Virus record (IMG/VR): IMGVR_UViG_3300048911_000053
Strand: one strand, 5' to 3'
From: an uncultured virus (IMG/VR IMGVR_UViG_3300048911_000053)
Lineage: Duplodnaviria; Heunggongvirae; Uroviricota; Caudoviricetes
Length of the DNA: 28,348 nucleotides
Shown: positions 15,484 through 25,043 of the stretch, in pieces
Position numbering within the stretch: position 1 is the stretch's first letter
How the letters are laid out: every line of letters begins with the position of its first letter
Made by a program: the position numbers and the translations under genes
The notes under the pieces: generated by a model
Databases searched by the model: none
Seen by the model: the letters and a program-made list of their open reading frames with translations, nothing else
What the model was told of the DNA's origin: nothing

Positions 15484-16046
15484 CCACATTACCTTGGGAA
15501 ATTCCCGGTGTACCGTGGAAAACTGAATCAGCATTTTGGGGATGGGTGAGAGGAGTTTTGCGAAAAGGGTGGTCAGTTCATCCTGTAAAGATTGAGTTTA
15601 TTAAACAAAACAGAAAGCGAATTGTAAATCCAAAGAAAGGTCATCGTAACAAAGAAGAAATATGGGGAATGACCTGCGCGATATGCAATGTTGATCATCC
15701 CCAAGCAGATATTGAAATAGATCATAAAAACGCGGCTTCTTCTTTGCGTTGCTTAGAGGATTTACAAGGTTTCTGTCAGCGATTGTTCTTCGTATGCTTC
15801 AGCGACCTACAACCCGTCTGTAAGCCCTGCCACAAGATTATCTCGTATTCGCAGAAGCAAGGTATGTCTTTTGAAGAGGCTGCTTTAGAGAAGCGTGTAA
15901 TTGAGTTATGTAAGCTTCCAGCTCAAGGTCAATATGATTGGCTGTGTGAACATGCTCCGGGCCATCTTGGTTTTCCATCAAAAATGAATGCTAAGCAGAG
16001 AAGAGAAGCAATTAAGAAAACATTGAAAGAGAGTAAAATTGAGTAA
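15480..16046 (+). CDS. HNH endonuclease
   Basis: CAIC...IEIDH...LQPVCKPCHK. Confidence 0.8.
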   Translation: MTTLPWEIPGVPWKTESAFWGWVRGVLRKGWSVHPVKIEFIKQNRKRIVNPKKGHRNKEEIWGMTCAICNVDHPQADIEIDHKNAASSLRCLEDLQGFCQRLFFVCFSDLQPVCKPCHKIISYSQKQGMSFEEAALEKRVIELCKLPAQGQYDWLCEHAPGHLGFPSKMNAKQRREAIKKTLKESKIE

Positions 16047-16812
16047 GAGAATATTGATTATACCGGATACACAATGTAAACCGGGAGTTGACCTAAGTCA
16101 TCTTGAGTATGCAGGCAAGTACATAGTCGATAAACGGCCTGATGTGATTGTTCACCTTGGTGATCATTGGGATTTTGAAAGCTTGAGTTCTTACGATAAA
16201 GGTAAGCTCAGTGCTGAAGGTAGAAGATATGCTGCTGACCTCGATGCTGGTGAGCGTGGTATGTCAATGCTGTTATCACCACTATGGGAATTGCAGACGA
16301 AGCAAATTCTTGATCGAAAGAAAGTTTATCGACCACGATTAGTTTTCTGCAAAGGCAACCATGAAGATCGTGCAGATCGTGTTGCAAAAATGAATCCAGA
16401 ATTTGCAGGGTTTATTAGCAGCGATAATCTAGGGCTTGAGAAGTTAGGTTGGGAAGTTTATGACTTTCTAAAGCCTGTGGAAATTGAAGGTATCTTCTTT
16501 GTCCACTTCTTAGCAAATCCAATGTCAAATAAACCTTATGCTGGTTCTGCATTAAATGTATTGAAGACAGTTGGTAGAAGCTTTGTTGTCGGCCATCGTC
16601 AAGTGCTTGACCTCGCAATCAGACCAACAATTGATGGTAAACATCAAATCGGTATCGTTGCAGGTGCTTTCTATCAACACGATGAATCGTACAAAGGACC
16701 AACAGGTAATAACCACTGGCGCGGGGTAGTAATGCTGAATGAAGTTCAAGATGGTTATGGTGATCCAATGCCCGTATCTATCAGCTATCTCAAGAGGAAG
16801 TATGGCGGATGA
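16039..16812 (+). CDS. calcineurin-like metallophosphoesterase
   Basis: IPDTQ, HLGDHWD, GNHE, VH, GHRQ motifs. Confidence 0.85.
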   Translation: MSKRILIIPDTQCKPGVDLSHLEYAGKYIVDKRPDVIVHLGDHWDFESLSSYDKGKLSAEGRRYAADLDAGERGMSMLLSPLWELQTKQILDRKKVYRPRLVFCKGNHEDRADRVAKMNPEFAGFISSDNLGLEKLGWEVYDFLKPVEIEGIFFVHFLANPMSNKPYAGSALNVLKTVGRSFVVGHRQVLDLAIRPTIDGKHQIGIVAGAFYQHDESYKGPTGNNHWRGVVMLNEVQDGYGDPMPVSISYLKRKYGG

Positions 16813-16976
16813 TCATTAAATCTGGAGTAGTGAAGATTGATGGTGAGGGGATTATGATTAGAGATTTTCATTTTGATAATGAAGAGACATTCTATACCGG
16901 TCAGATCGAAGCATTACGATGGGCAAAAATTAGAATCGAAGAAGCATTAGCTAGGGCTATTTTGGAATATGACTGA
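16809..16976 (+). CDS. small hypothetical protein (55 aa, not in the ORF track)
   Basis: ATGA overlap with the upstream stop; MIIKSGVVKIDGEG...AILEYD*; fills the gap. Confidence 0.6.
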   Translation: MIIKSGVVKIDGEGIMIRDFHFDNEETFYTGQIEALRWAKIRIEEALARAILEYD

Positions 16977-17541
16977 GCGTGGAATAATTGCCGTCGATGT
17001 AGATGTAACACTTGTTGATACCTCGGTTGAGTATTGGAAATATTTGGAGCTGGATACTAAGAAAGGACTCAGGTATGACGAGGTGAAAGGTCGGTATGAC
17101 TTTCGCCCGTTCTATTACCGAGAGCTTATGGATCGAGGTTTAGATGGTTTTGAATTTTGGAGACAACGAGACATCTACGATCATCTATCTCCAAGACCAC
17201 ACTCAATTCAAGTACTCGATGAATTATCGGACGACTGGGATATTGTATTTGCTTCACAGTTGAAAGGGGATCACCACAAAAGTAAGGTGAAGTTTCTGAA
17301 GAGCTATTTCCCATTCATGTCTGGATTTATCGGCACAAAAGAAAAGAAATACGTTCGGTGTAACATTCTGATTGAAGACCGTTTAAATCATCTAAACAGT
17401 ATGCCGAGTGATGTTACTGGGATTTTATTCAACTCACCACATAAACAAGATGAAGGTACTTATATGGAAGAGAGGATATTTGTTGCTAATGATTGGTTAG
17501 AGGTAAAAGAATTAATTAATGTTATTGGGAATCGCAGGTAA
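16969..17541 (+). CDS. HAD-family 5'(3')-deoxyribonucleotidase (NT5C-like)
   Basis: IAVDVDVTLVD motif I; K..FLKSYFPF; TKEK...LIEDR. Confidence 0.8.
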   Translation: MTERGIIAVDVDVTLVDTSVEYWKYLELDTKKGLRYDEVKGRYDFRPFYYRELMDRGLDGFEFWRQRDIYDHLSPRPHSIQVLDELSDDWDIVFASQLKGDHHKSKVKFLKSYFPFMSGFIGTKEKKYVRCNILIEDRLNHLNSMPSDVTGILFNSPHKQDEGTYMEERIFVANDWLEVKELINVIGNRR

Positions 17542-18175
17542 GAAAAGGGTAGGTAAAGATACAGCCGCTTCATTTCTAGTTAATGATCTTGAATATAAGC
17601 GAGTTGCATTTGCCGATAAATTGAAGGATGCAGCTAATGCCATATTTTGTTTTGAGGATTTACGAGAAGAAGTAAAAGAAAAAACTGTGCAATGTAGGGT
17701 GTATGATTCAAAACTGTTTTATGCACTGAAGAAGCTAGGATTTGAGGATATCGATAAAACCATTCCCGCAATGTTACTCATCTACGAAATTTACGCAGAA
17801 TGGATTGATTTCTTAACTGATACAGGGTTCGTTGCAAGAATTTCTCCGCGTGTTGCCTATCAATTACTAGGGACTGAGTTTGGCCGAGCATACGATGAAA
17901 ACTTTTGGGTTAATAAGGTAGATATTACAAATCCAAATCCAAATACAGTTATCACTGATGTACGGTTTGACAATGAAGCCAAGTTTATCAAAGAGAATAA
18001 CGGATTCATCATTAAAATAGAGAATCCAAAGGTAGAAGAAACGAGTACATCAACTCATGCCTCAGAGAGAGGTGTAAGTGATGAGTATATTGATGCAGTA
18101 ATTATAAATGATGGCTCCATTCAGAAATTAGAGGAGTTAATAAAAGAGGTTGTTGAAGCTTTAAAATGCAAATGA
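17519..18175 (+). CDS. deoxynucleoside monophosphate kinase
   Basis: GIAGKKRVGKDT P-loop, FADKLK, PR...QLLGTEFGR, ITDVRFDNE, HASE. Confidence 0.9.
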   Translation: MLLGIAGKKRVGKDTAASFLVNDLEYKRVAFADKLKDAANAIFCFEDLREEVKEKTVQCRVYDSKLFYALKKLGFEDIDKTIPAMLLIYEIYAEWIDFLTDTGFVARISPRVAYQLLGTEFGRAYDENFWVNKVDITNPNPNTVITDVRFDNEAKFIKENNGFIIKIENPKVEETSTSTHASERGVSDEYIDAVIINDGSIQKLEELIKEVVEALKCK

Positions 18176-18714
18176 ATGAATATCTCGGGTTGTCCGAGAA
18201 AACAGAAAAGAAATTTTCTGAAGGGATTGTACTAACCGGTGAACAACGTAAAGCATTAGTTCTTGGATTCCTCGCTGCTAAGGAGCTTGGTGATTTCATC
18301 GATAGGATTAAGCGTGAAATTATCTACGGAAAGAAAATGACATTCTCTGAAGATGAGTCGGATGTTCTTGATCGAGTTGATAAGGATGATTTCCCTGAAG
18401 TATTAACTCCGTGGCAAGCAGAGCTTCTACATATGATCCTTGGTTCGATTACAGAGCCAGTGGAGCTTGGTATTGGTTTCTTTGATTACTTGATTGGCGA
18501 TTGTGAGTTGGATATTACCAACTTGAAAGAAGAAGCTGGAGATCAACTTTGGTATTTGGCGGGCGTGATGCGCTTACTCGATACAACGTTTGAAGAAGAA
18601 GCTGATCGTAATATTGCGAAACTGAAAGCTCGCTTCGGAGATAAGTTTTCAGAGGAAGCTGCATTGAATCGTGATTTAGATATCGAACGGAATGTTTTGG
18701 AAGATGCGGCTTGA
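18166..18714 (+). CDS. MazG-like nucleotide pyrophosphohydrolase
   Basis: GSITEPVEL...LKEEAGDQLWY...NIAKLKARF. Confidence 0.8.
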   Translation: MQMNEYLGLSEKTEKKFSEGIVLTGEQRKALVLGFLAAKELGDFIDRIKREIIYGKKMTFSEDESDVLDRVDKDDFPEVLTPWQAELLHMILGSITEPVELGIGFFDYLIGDCELDITNLKEEAGDQLWYLAGVMRLLDTTFEEEADRNIAKLKARFGDKFSEEAALNRDLDIERNVLEDAA

Positions 18715-18925
18715 TGTAGACGGTGCTATACATCGAATGTACCAAGAAGGTTATCCGTTTTCCGAAGACTATCAAGCCGCTTTGGAATCACTCGGTGTTT
18801 ATGATTTGAAGGGCACTGACCGGCCAGTACCGGATACCCTTGTTTTAGTTTATTTACTTATTGAAAGAGTAGTGGAGCTACAGAAGAAAATTGACGATAT
18901 CAGTAAAAATAATTGCACACAGTAA
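18704..18925 (+). CDS. hypothetical protein
   Basis: Gap-filling ORF; MRLDV start preferred over 18692. Confidence 0.55.
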   Translation: MRLDVDGAIHRMYQEGYPFSEDYQAALESLGVYDLKGTDRPVPDTLVLVYLLIERVVELQKKIDDISKNNCTQ

Positions 18926-19856
18926 GAGTGCAGTTACAGAAAAAGAAATAGTTACATTTGAATTAGAATATCCTCGCTTCATTCATGCAGAACTAATGAC
19001 CCATCGGCTATTCAGCCGTAATGCAGCAAGCTCTAGGGCTATCCCTATTGAACGTATGATAGAACTTATAGAAAGCTCTCCAGCAATGCCAGAAATATGG
19101 GGGAGTAATCAATCAGGGATGCAAGCAGGAGCTGAAATAGACATTCCTAGTAGAGCTGTATATGTATGGGATCAAGCAGCTAAACGTGCTGTGAAGAGTG
19201 CGAGAGAGCTTCAAGCATTAGGGTTGCATAAGCAGATTGTTAATAGAGTGCTGGAACCATTCTCGCATATGAAGGTAGTGCTCACGGCTACCGAGTTTGA
19301 TAATTGGTGGTGGCTGCGTAAGCACGAAGCAGCTCAACCTGAAATTAGAGTTCTAGCTGAAAGAATGTGGGAGGAACTTGGAAAGAGTGAGGCAGAAGTG
19401 TTGAATCCAGGCGAGTGGCATACACCTTATGTGCATCACTACAGAGATTCAAATGGACAACTCTTGTACCACATTGTTGATCTCTCCATACCAAGAGACA
19501 TATGTGGTGGTGAGTTTTTTGTGAACCTCCTCAGTTTTGAGGATGCCTTAAAGGTTTCAGCATCACTTTGTGCTCAAGTGAGTTATAGAAAATCTGATGA
19601 CAGTCTAGAGAAAGCGTTACTTATCTATGATCGACTTGTAGAGAGTAAGCCGGTACATGCCAGCCCATTTGAACACCAAGCAACACCAATGGGGCATCCA
19701 TACGATGTATTTTATTACGTTGATACTGTAATTGATGAAGGATCAACTCATTGTGATATTGATAATGATAGATGGAGTGGTAATTTCAAACATTGGATTC
19801 AACAAAGACAACTAATTCCTAACAATGCATGTTGGGATTATAAGGAACAAAATTAA
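18891..19856 (+). CDS. thyX: flavin-dependent thymidylate synthase (phage type)
   Basis: YPRFIHAELMTHRLFSRNAASSRAIP, HKQIVNRVLEPF, AQPEI, HASPFEH. Confidence 0.9.
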   Translation: MTISVKIIAHSKSAVTEKEIVTFELEYPRFIHAELMTHRLFSRNAASSRAIPIERMIELIESSPAMPEIWGSNQSGMQAGAEIDIPSRAVYVWDQAAKRAVKSARELQALGLHKQIVNRVLEPFSHMKVVLTATEFDNWWWLRKHEAAQPEIRVLAERMWEELGKSEAEVLNPGEWHTPYVHHYRDSNGQLLYHIVDLSIPRDICGGEFFVNLLSFEDALKVSASLCAQVSYRKSDDSLEKALLIYDRLVESKPVHASPFEHQATPMGHPYDVFYYVDTVIDEGSTHCDIDNDRWSGNFKHWIQQRQLIPNNACWDYKEQN

Positions 19857-20240
19857 TTGAGATATATTTCAGAGTCTGATCTGCTTTTGTTGGACAGCTA
19901 TTACGTCGGCATAGATCAGAAAGAACCAGAAAAGTTTAAACGGATTTTATTCAATCACGGATTTGATATTGATGCAAAAATTGAAGAAGAAATTGGTACG
20001 CATAGAAATCTACAAAACAAAGCTTACAAAGGTAAGCGTTTCGTAGGACTTGAACGTACAGACAGAGCATGGCTGCGCAGTGGCTATGCATCTGTGGAGG
20101 CACACATTAACAGCTCAAAAGATAAATCATTGAAAGAGGAACTTCACAATATGAGTCGTGAAGGTTTTAGTGGTGATATTTATGAAGATATGGTTGAGCG
20201 TGCTGCTAAAGCTGGGAAGTATCAGGAAATTATTGAGTAA
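19857..20240 (+). CDS. hypothetical protein
   Basis: 127-aa ORF abutting thyX, TTG start, AAGGA upstream. Confidence 0.65.
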   Translation: MRYISESDLLLLDSYYVGIDQKEPEKFKRILFNHGFDIDAKIEEEIGTHRNLQNKAYKGKRFVGLERTDRAWLRSGYASVEAHINSSKDKSLKEELHNMSREGFSGDIYEDMVERAAKAGKYQEIIE

Positions 20241-20255
20241 GGTAATTAATAAAGA

Positions 20256-22118
20256 ATGCAAATCAGTAGTAAAATATTATCCGATATCACGGTATTTGCT
20301 AAATACGCGAAACATATTCCAGTCTTTGAGCGTAGAGAGACTTGGGAAGAGATTTGTGAACGAAACATGCAAATGCATATCAAGAAGTATCCAGCATTTG
20401 AAAGTGATATCCGCTTCACTTATGAGAACTTCGTAGTAACAAAGAAAATTCTACCAAGCATGAGAAGTTTGCAATTTGCTGGTAAACCTATCGACGTAGC
20501 TCCAAACAGAATTTACAACTGCGCATATTTACCGGTGGATAGTTTAGAGTCCTTCAGTGAATCGATGTTTCTGTTGCTTGGTGGTACTGGTGTTGGTTAC
20601 AGCGTACAGAAACATCATGTTGAAAAATTACCTGATATTAAAGGACCATCTTCGAGAAGAAAGCGATTTTTAGTAGCAGATAATATCGAAGGTTGGGCTG
20701 ACGCAATTAAAGTGTTGATGGCATCTTATTTCCACGGAAAGATGTTACCTGATTTTGATTTCTCAGATATTCGGCAAAAAGGCGCTCCACTGATTACATC
20801 AGGTGGTAAAGCTCCAGGTCCACAACCTCTAAAGGATTGTGTACATAACATCACTAAAGTATTAGATGCTGCTATCACTGATCGAGGTGCAGGCACTAAG
20901 CTCACCACATTAGAAACGCATGACATCATGTGCTTTATTGCTGATGCTGTTTTAGCTGGAGGCATTCGTCGTGCGGCATTGATCGCATTGTTCAGTTTAG
21001 ATGATGAATTGATGCTCACTTGTAAACATGGTGCATGGTATGAGCTAAACCCACAAAGAGGCAGAGCTAACAATTCAGCAGTGATCCTTCGTCATAAAGT
21101 ACAGGAGAATGATTTCTGGACATTGTGGGGGAAAATTATTGCATCAGGTAGTGGTGAGCCTGGAGTCTATTTCTCGAATGATAAAGATTGGGGAACAAAC
21201 CCATGTTGTGAAATCGCATTACGTCCATATCAATTCTGTAATCTGGTGACGATCAATGCAGGAAGTATCGTAGATCAAGCTGACTTAAATGAACGTGCTG
21301 CTCAAGCTTCATTCTTGGCAACATTGCAAGCAGGGTATACCAACTTTCATTACTTGAGAGACATTTGGAAAAAGACTACTGAGAAGGATGCGCTGATCGG
21401 TGTCAGCATGACTGGTATTGCATCAGGTGTTGTTGAATCCCTCGATCTCAAACAAGCGGCGGATTGGGTTGTTGATTCAAATCGTGTGTGGGCTAAGAAG
21501 ATTGGCATTAACGTAGCAGCTCGAACGACGACAGTTAAGCCGGAAGGCACAAGTTCATTAGTTTTGGGATGCTCAAGTGGAATTCATGCTTGGCATAATG
21601 ATTATTACCTGCGACGAATTCGGATTGGTAAGAATGAAGCAATTTATACTTACCTCCTGATTAACCATCCTGAATTAGTAGTGGATGACATCATGGGACC
21701 GGGAGCAATCATTGAAGTACCGCAGAAGGCTCCAGACGGTGCTACGCTGCGTTATGAGAGTGTGTTTGACCTACTGGAGCGTGTGAAGCGATTCAACCGT
21801 GAATGGGTCCGTACAGGCCACATCAAAGGCCAAAACACTCACAATGTGAGCTGTACTATCTCGGTGAAGGATGAAGAGTGGTCTGAAGTTGGTAAGTGGA
21901 TGTGGGAGAACCGTGACTGGTTTAATGGTATCTCTGTACTTCCTTATGATGGTGGAACTTATATCCAAGCTCCTTTTGAAGATATCTCTAAAGAGGAGTA
22001 TGAAGAACGTTCCAAGTCACTCCATGAAGTTGATCTAAGTAAGGTTATCGAGATGGATGACCACACTGACTTGAGTGGAGAGGTGGCTTGTGGCGGTGGG
22101 GCCTGTGAGGTTAAGTGA
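20256..22118 (+). CDS. nrdJ: class II (adenosylcobalamin-dependent) ribonucleotide reductase
   Basis: RRETWEE, PSMRSL, YNCAY, LGGTGVG, GGIRRAA, RANNS, TNPCCEI, FCNL, VKPEGTSS, QAPFEDI, C-terminal CGGGAC; no beta-subunit gene adjacent. Confidence 0.9.
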   Translation: MQISSKILSDITVFAKYAKHIPVFERRETWEEICERNMQMHIKKYPAFESDIRFTYENFVVTKKILPSMRSLQFAGKPIDVAPNRIYNCAYLPVDSLESFSESMFLLLGGTGVGYSVQKHHVEKLPDIKGPSSRRKRFLVADNIEGWADAIKVLMASYFHGKMLPDFDFSDIRQKGAPLITSGGKAPGPQPLKDCVHNITKVLDAAITDRGAGTKLTTLETHDIMCFIADAVLAGGIRRAALIALFSLDDELMLTCKHGAWYELNPQRGRANNSAVILRHKVQENDFWTLWGKIIASGSGEPGVYFSNDKDWGTNPCCEIALRPYQFCNLVTINAGSIVDQADLNERAAQASFLATLQAGYTNFHYLRDIWKKTTEKDALIGVSMTGIASGVVESLDLKQAADWVVDSNRVWAKKIGINVAARTTTVKPEGTSSLVLGCSSGIHAWHNDYYLRRIRIGKNEAIYTYLLINHPELVVDDIMGPGAIIEVPQKAPDGATLRYESVFDLLERVKRFNREWVRTGHIKGQNTHNVSCTISVKDEEWSEVGKWMWENRDWFNGISVLPYDGGTYIQAPFEDISKEEYEERSKSLHEVDLSKVIEMDDHTDLSGEVACGGGACEVK

Positions 22119-22327
22119 TATATATTAACGCTGCTGAGTTTAAAACCTCCTTTGACTTTGACGCAGTAGGAATTTCAAGGGTGAGTCATAGCCAGATTGT
22201 GCTCCATCTTTATCACAAGGGACAACCTTTCTGGTCGAGTGGTCCTCAGACCTTACCATCTGAGTATGAGTACTTGATATTTCAACCGCTTCATGGCTCT
22301 ATTGAAGCAACAGTAGATGGAATCTAA
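22115..22327 (+). CDS. hypothetical protein
   Basis: GTGA overlap, GAGG RBS, ends just before a terminator. Confidence 0.6.
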   Translation: MIYINAAEFKTSFDFDAVGISRVSHSQIVLHLYHKGQPFWSSGPQTLPSEYEYLIFQPLHGSIEATVDGI

Positions 22328-22330
22328 ACC

Positions 22331-22356
22331 AAGCCCGCCTTCGTGCGGGCTTTTTA
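22331..22356 (+). terminator. rho-independent terminator
   Basis: AAGCCCGC-CTTCGT-GCGGGCTT followed by TTT. Confidence 0.85.
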
Positions 22357-22538
22357 TTGCCTGCGATTCTTGACATTACTAAGCTTGTAAACAAATCCGA
22401 CACTCAGGAACATTAAATTTTCTTCAATCTCTTGTTTTAATTTTTATTCTTAACAATAATAGTTACGAGCCTATAAGACATTCTTTTGCCCTTGATAGTA
22501 GTCTTATAGGTTAACTAACAAAAGATAAATGGATACAA

Positions 22539-23261
22539 ATGGGTGGACTCATGGATATAAAATGGAAGCGGTATTCGCTATGCTTAGCTTTTGTAACACT
22601 AATTCTCACAACAACTCTAGCCATATATTCAACCGTAAAGTTTAGAAACAAGCTTCATGGATATATTGACAATAAGGAATGGCAAACACAACTTTCCGAG
22701 CAAGGCTTGTACGATGATACCAAGATAGTTTTCTTCGGAGATTCACAGATTGCCCTCTGGTGGATGGCTCCTTCATTTGGTTCTCTTCCTATCATCAATA
22801 AGGGAATTTCAGGAGATTGGGCAAGTTTAGCAGTGGGGCGTTTTGATAAGGATGTTCTTGCGGTTAATCCGACTCTTGTGGTGATCCTTATTGGGACTAA
22901 TGATCTTGGAAATAACCAACCTGTCGATACTGTAATTAAGAATATTGAAGTAATGGTCAAGGCAGCTTCTGAGCGAGGTATTAAGGTTATCGTTTGCAGC
23001 CTTCTTCCTGTATCGGGAGAGCAGATTGCAGTTCATAGCCCTCAGAAGATTCTCGAAGTCAACAACGGGCTGAAGAATATTGCCACTCTCTATAAAGCTG
23101 ACTACGTAGATTTACATTCAAAATTGAAAGATGGGGTGGGGAATTTCAAAGAAGATTTAACTCGTGATGGCCTACATCCTAGTGCAAAAGGTTATCTCGT
23201 CATGTCTAAGACACTCTTCCCACATCTGATAAACGACCTATCGACTGTTGTTAAAATTTAG
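22539..23261 (+). CDS. SGNH/GDSL-family esterase with N-terminal membrane anchor
   Basis: Block I FFGDSQ, block II NKGISGD, block III IGTND, block V DGLHP; N-terminal hydrophobic helix. Confidence 0.9.
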   Translation: MGGLMDIKWKRYSLCLAFVTLILTTTLAIYSTVKFRNKLHGYIDNKEWQTQLSEQGLYDDTKIVFFGDSQIALWWMAPSFGSLPIINKGISGDWASLAVGRFDKDVLAVNPTLVVILIGTNDLGNNQPVDTVIKNIEVMVKAASERGIKVIVCSLLPVSGEQIAVHSPQKILEVNNGLKNIATLYKADYVDLHSKLKDGVGNFKEDLTRDGLHPSAKGYLVMSKTLFPHLINDLSTVVKI

Positions 23262-23266
23262 GCAAT

Positions 23267-23300
23267 AAAAAGCCCCGGCAGCTCTTACGAACTCCGGGGC
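23267..23300 (-). terminator. rho-independent terminator of the lysis/virion operon
   Basis: GCCCCGG/CCGGGGC stem preceded on + by AAAAA (U tract on the - strand). Confidence 0.7.
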
Positions 23301-23315
23301 AAGGCATCTACAGCT

Positions 23316-23585
23316 TTATTGTTTTCTCAAATCCCTCTCAAGAATCAGCATATTCTGTTGATTGATCAGTACATCAAGTTTTGTACTCAATGCATGAACT
23401 CGTTCATCTAAATTATGCGTAATCCTTTCTTCCGTTTTCTGTAACTCATCCTTTGTTACGAGCTGTCCTTTCATGTCATATTGCTTATCTTCAATCTTAC
23501 TAATACGTTTATAAAGCATCGTAATTGCAAGAACTAAGAAAGGTACGACAATATTTACTATAAGTTGAAGGGAATCGAGGTTCAT
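23316..23585 (-). CDS. small membrane protein with coiled coil (lysis cassette; holin/antiholin-like)
   Basis: Single N-terminal TM helix; last gene after endolysin and holin. Confidence 0.6.
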   Translation of the reverse strand: MNLDSLQLIVNIVVPFLVLAITMLYKRISKIEDKQYDMKGQLVTKDELQKTEERITHNLDERVHALSTKLDVLINQQNMLILERDLRKQ

Positions 23586-23597
23586 ATCTTATTATTG

Positions 23598-24185
23598 TTA
23601 TTTAAAGTTTTTGAATGCATCAGCTAAAGCATCTGTCTTACGGTCGGAACCTTTTGAAGAACCAAAGAAGAAACCTACGACTTGCTGTGCGTTTGAAGCT
23701 ACATAGCCAACGACGGTGCCGATAAAGCCACTCACCATGCCAACTGTTGCAGCGTCCTTAACTACGAGCCCTCCTGTCATTATTGACCATGCTCCTAAGA
23801 GAGAGCCGGCCACAATGAGAGCAAAACTTATAAGGATTACTATGCCAAGGACGAAAACATCTCTGTTCTGTGCATTCGCCTTTCTTGCATCTTGTGTATC
23901 AGACAAATATGCTTGGTCTTGTCTGAATGTCAAATCTTTATCTTGTAATCCAAGCTCAGTCATTCGAATGGTAAATGCATTTTCTGCATCTTTCATTTTC
24001 TGAATCTGGTCTGGAGTAACACCTTGGCTTAAAGCCTTTTGCAAGTCACTCTGTGAGGCTTTGGGATCACCAAGGATCGCATCACAGAGCATTGCCACTG
24101 CTGTACCAGCCAAGGGGCTTCCTAGTGCTGTAGCGAGCGTTGGGGCGACTGTTTTCACCACCCCTTTCCAATCAAAGTCTACCAT
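23598..24185 (-). CDS. putative holin
   Basis: APTLATALGSPLAG N-terminus, two C-terminal TM helices, FFFGSSKGS motif; directly downstream of the endolysin. Confidence 0.65.
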   Translation of the reverse strand: MVDFDWKGVVKTVAPTLATALGSPLAGTAVAMLCDAILGDPKASQSDLQKALSQGVTPDQIQKMKDAENAFTIRMTELGLQDKDLTFRQDQAYLSDTQDARKANAQNRDVFVLGIVILISFALIVAGSLLGAWSIMTGGLVVKDAATVGMVSGFIGTVVGYVASNAQQVVGFFFGSSKGSDRKTDALADAFKNFK

Positions 24186-24196
24186 GTTGATTATTC

Positions 24197-24715
24197 TTAT
24201 TCTGAAGCGGCTATAAGTTGATTCAAAGCCACACGATTAACCCATCCCTTTCCGAAATCAACGAAGCTTTCTAAGCTTGTGTAATATTTGAGACGATAGG
24301 CATTGAAGCTGAGTACGAAGGGGAGGGGAGTTGCTTTCTGTATAGCAGTAAATGTCTTTGGACCAATCACACCATCAACCACAAGCCCCAGGGCTGCTTG
24401 GGACAGTTTTACAGCGCGTTTGATACCGTGGTTCACCGCTGAGTCAAATATCTGGAAGCGTACTCCAGAAGGGGCTGTATCGAGCCCTAGAGGTAACCAA
24501 AAATCTTTTAAATAGATTGCCTTTGCACCCTCCTTGGTTAGATTCTTAATATCTACCTCTGGATAGGATGCAGCAGCAATTCCCCAATTAGTCCCTTTCA
24601 ATTCTCCCTGTCCAACAACTCCTGTTGTCCAATTACCACGATCCTTTGGATTTAGGGTGAAGCCACCTTCATTCCCAATTAGGTGATCAAAGCATTCATC
24701 GAAGTTCACGATCAC
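24197..24715 (-). CDS. endolysin, glycoside hydrolase family 108 with peptidoglycan-binding domain
   Basis: EGGF...P.DRG, TNWGI, FDSAVNHG, DGVIGPKT, FGKGWVNR. Confidence 0.92.
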   Translation of the reverse strand: MIVNFDECFDHLIGNEGGFTLNPKDRGNWTTGVVGQGELKGTNWGIAAASYPEVDIKNLTKEGAKAIYLKDFWLPLGLDTAPSGVRFQIFDSAVNHGIKRAVKLSQAALGLVVDGVIGPKTFTAIQKATPLPFVLSFNAYRLKYYTSLESFVDFGKGWVNRVALNQLIAASE

Positions 24716-25041
24716 TCTCCCTCTTGATCAAGGAGAGCAAGTACACGAATATCCCATCGTTTGATGTAACCTGTTTTGGAGGTAGCTTCAATCTTACCTA
24801 TGCAACGATCGCCTGGAGTCAGATCGAGAGCTTCAGGAAGGAAGAGAATATATCTCCCGTTTGATTCAGGTACGTAATCGAACATCAACGGCCATATAAC
24901 TCCCCCTACCGAATCTCCATTCAATTTTCGTAGAGTAAAACTAACAGAGGCATCATTTTCGAATTGAGATGTGAAGTCATTTCTTAATTCATCAATTTCA
25001 ATGTCATTCGTACTCCCAATGAAGTATGTTTCATAGCTCAT
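24712..25041 (-). CDS. hypothetical protein (probable virion/tail-associated)
   Basis: 109-aa beta-rich ORF packed in the late operon. Confidence 0.6.
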   Translation of the reverse strand: MSYETYFIGSTNDIEIDELRNDFTSQFENDASVSFTLRKLNGDSVGGVIWPLMFDYVPESNGRYILFLPEALDLTPGDRCIGKIEATSKTGYIKRWDIRVLALLDQEGE

Positions 25042-25043
25042 AA

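Noticed and set aside
22370..22400. Perfect TTGACA -35 box upstream of the SGNH gene
   Set aside because: No convincing -10 box at 16-18 nt spacing, so no promoter was called
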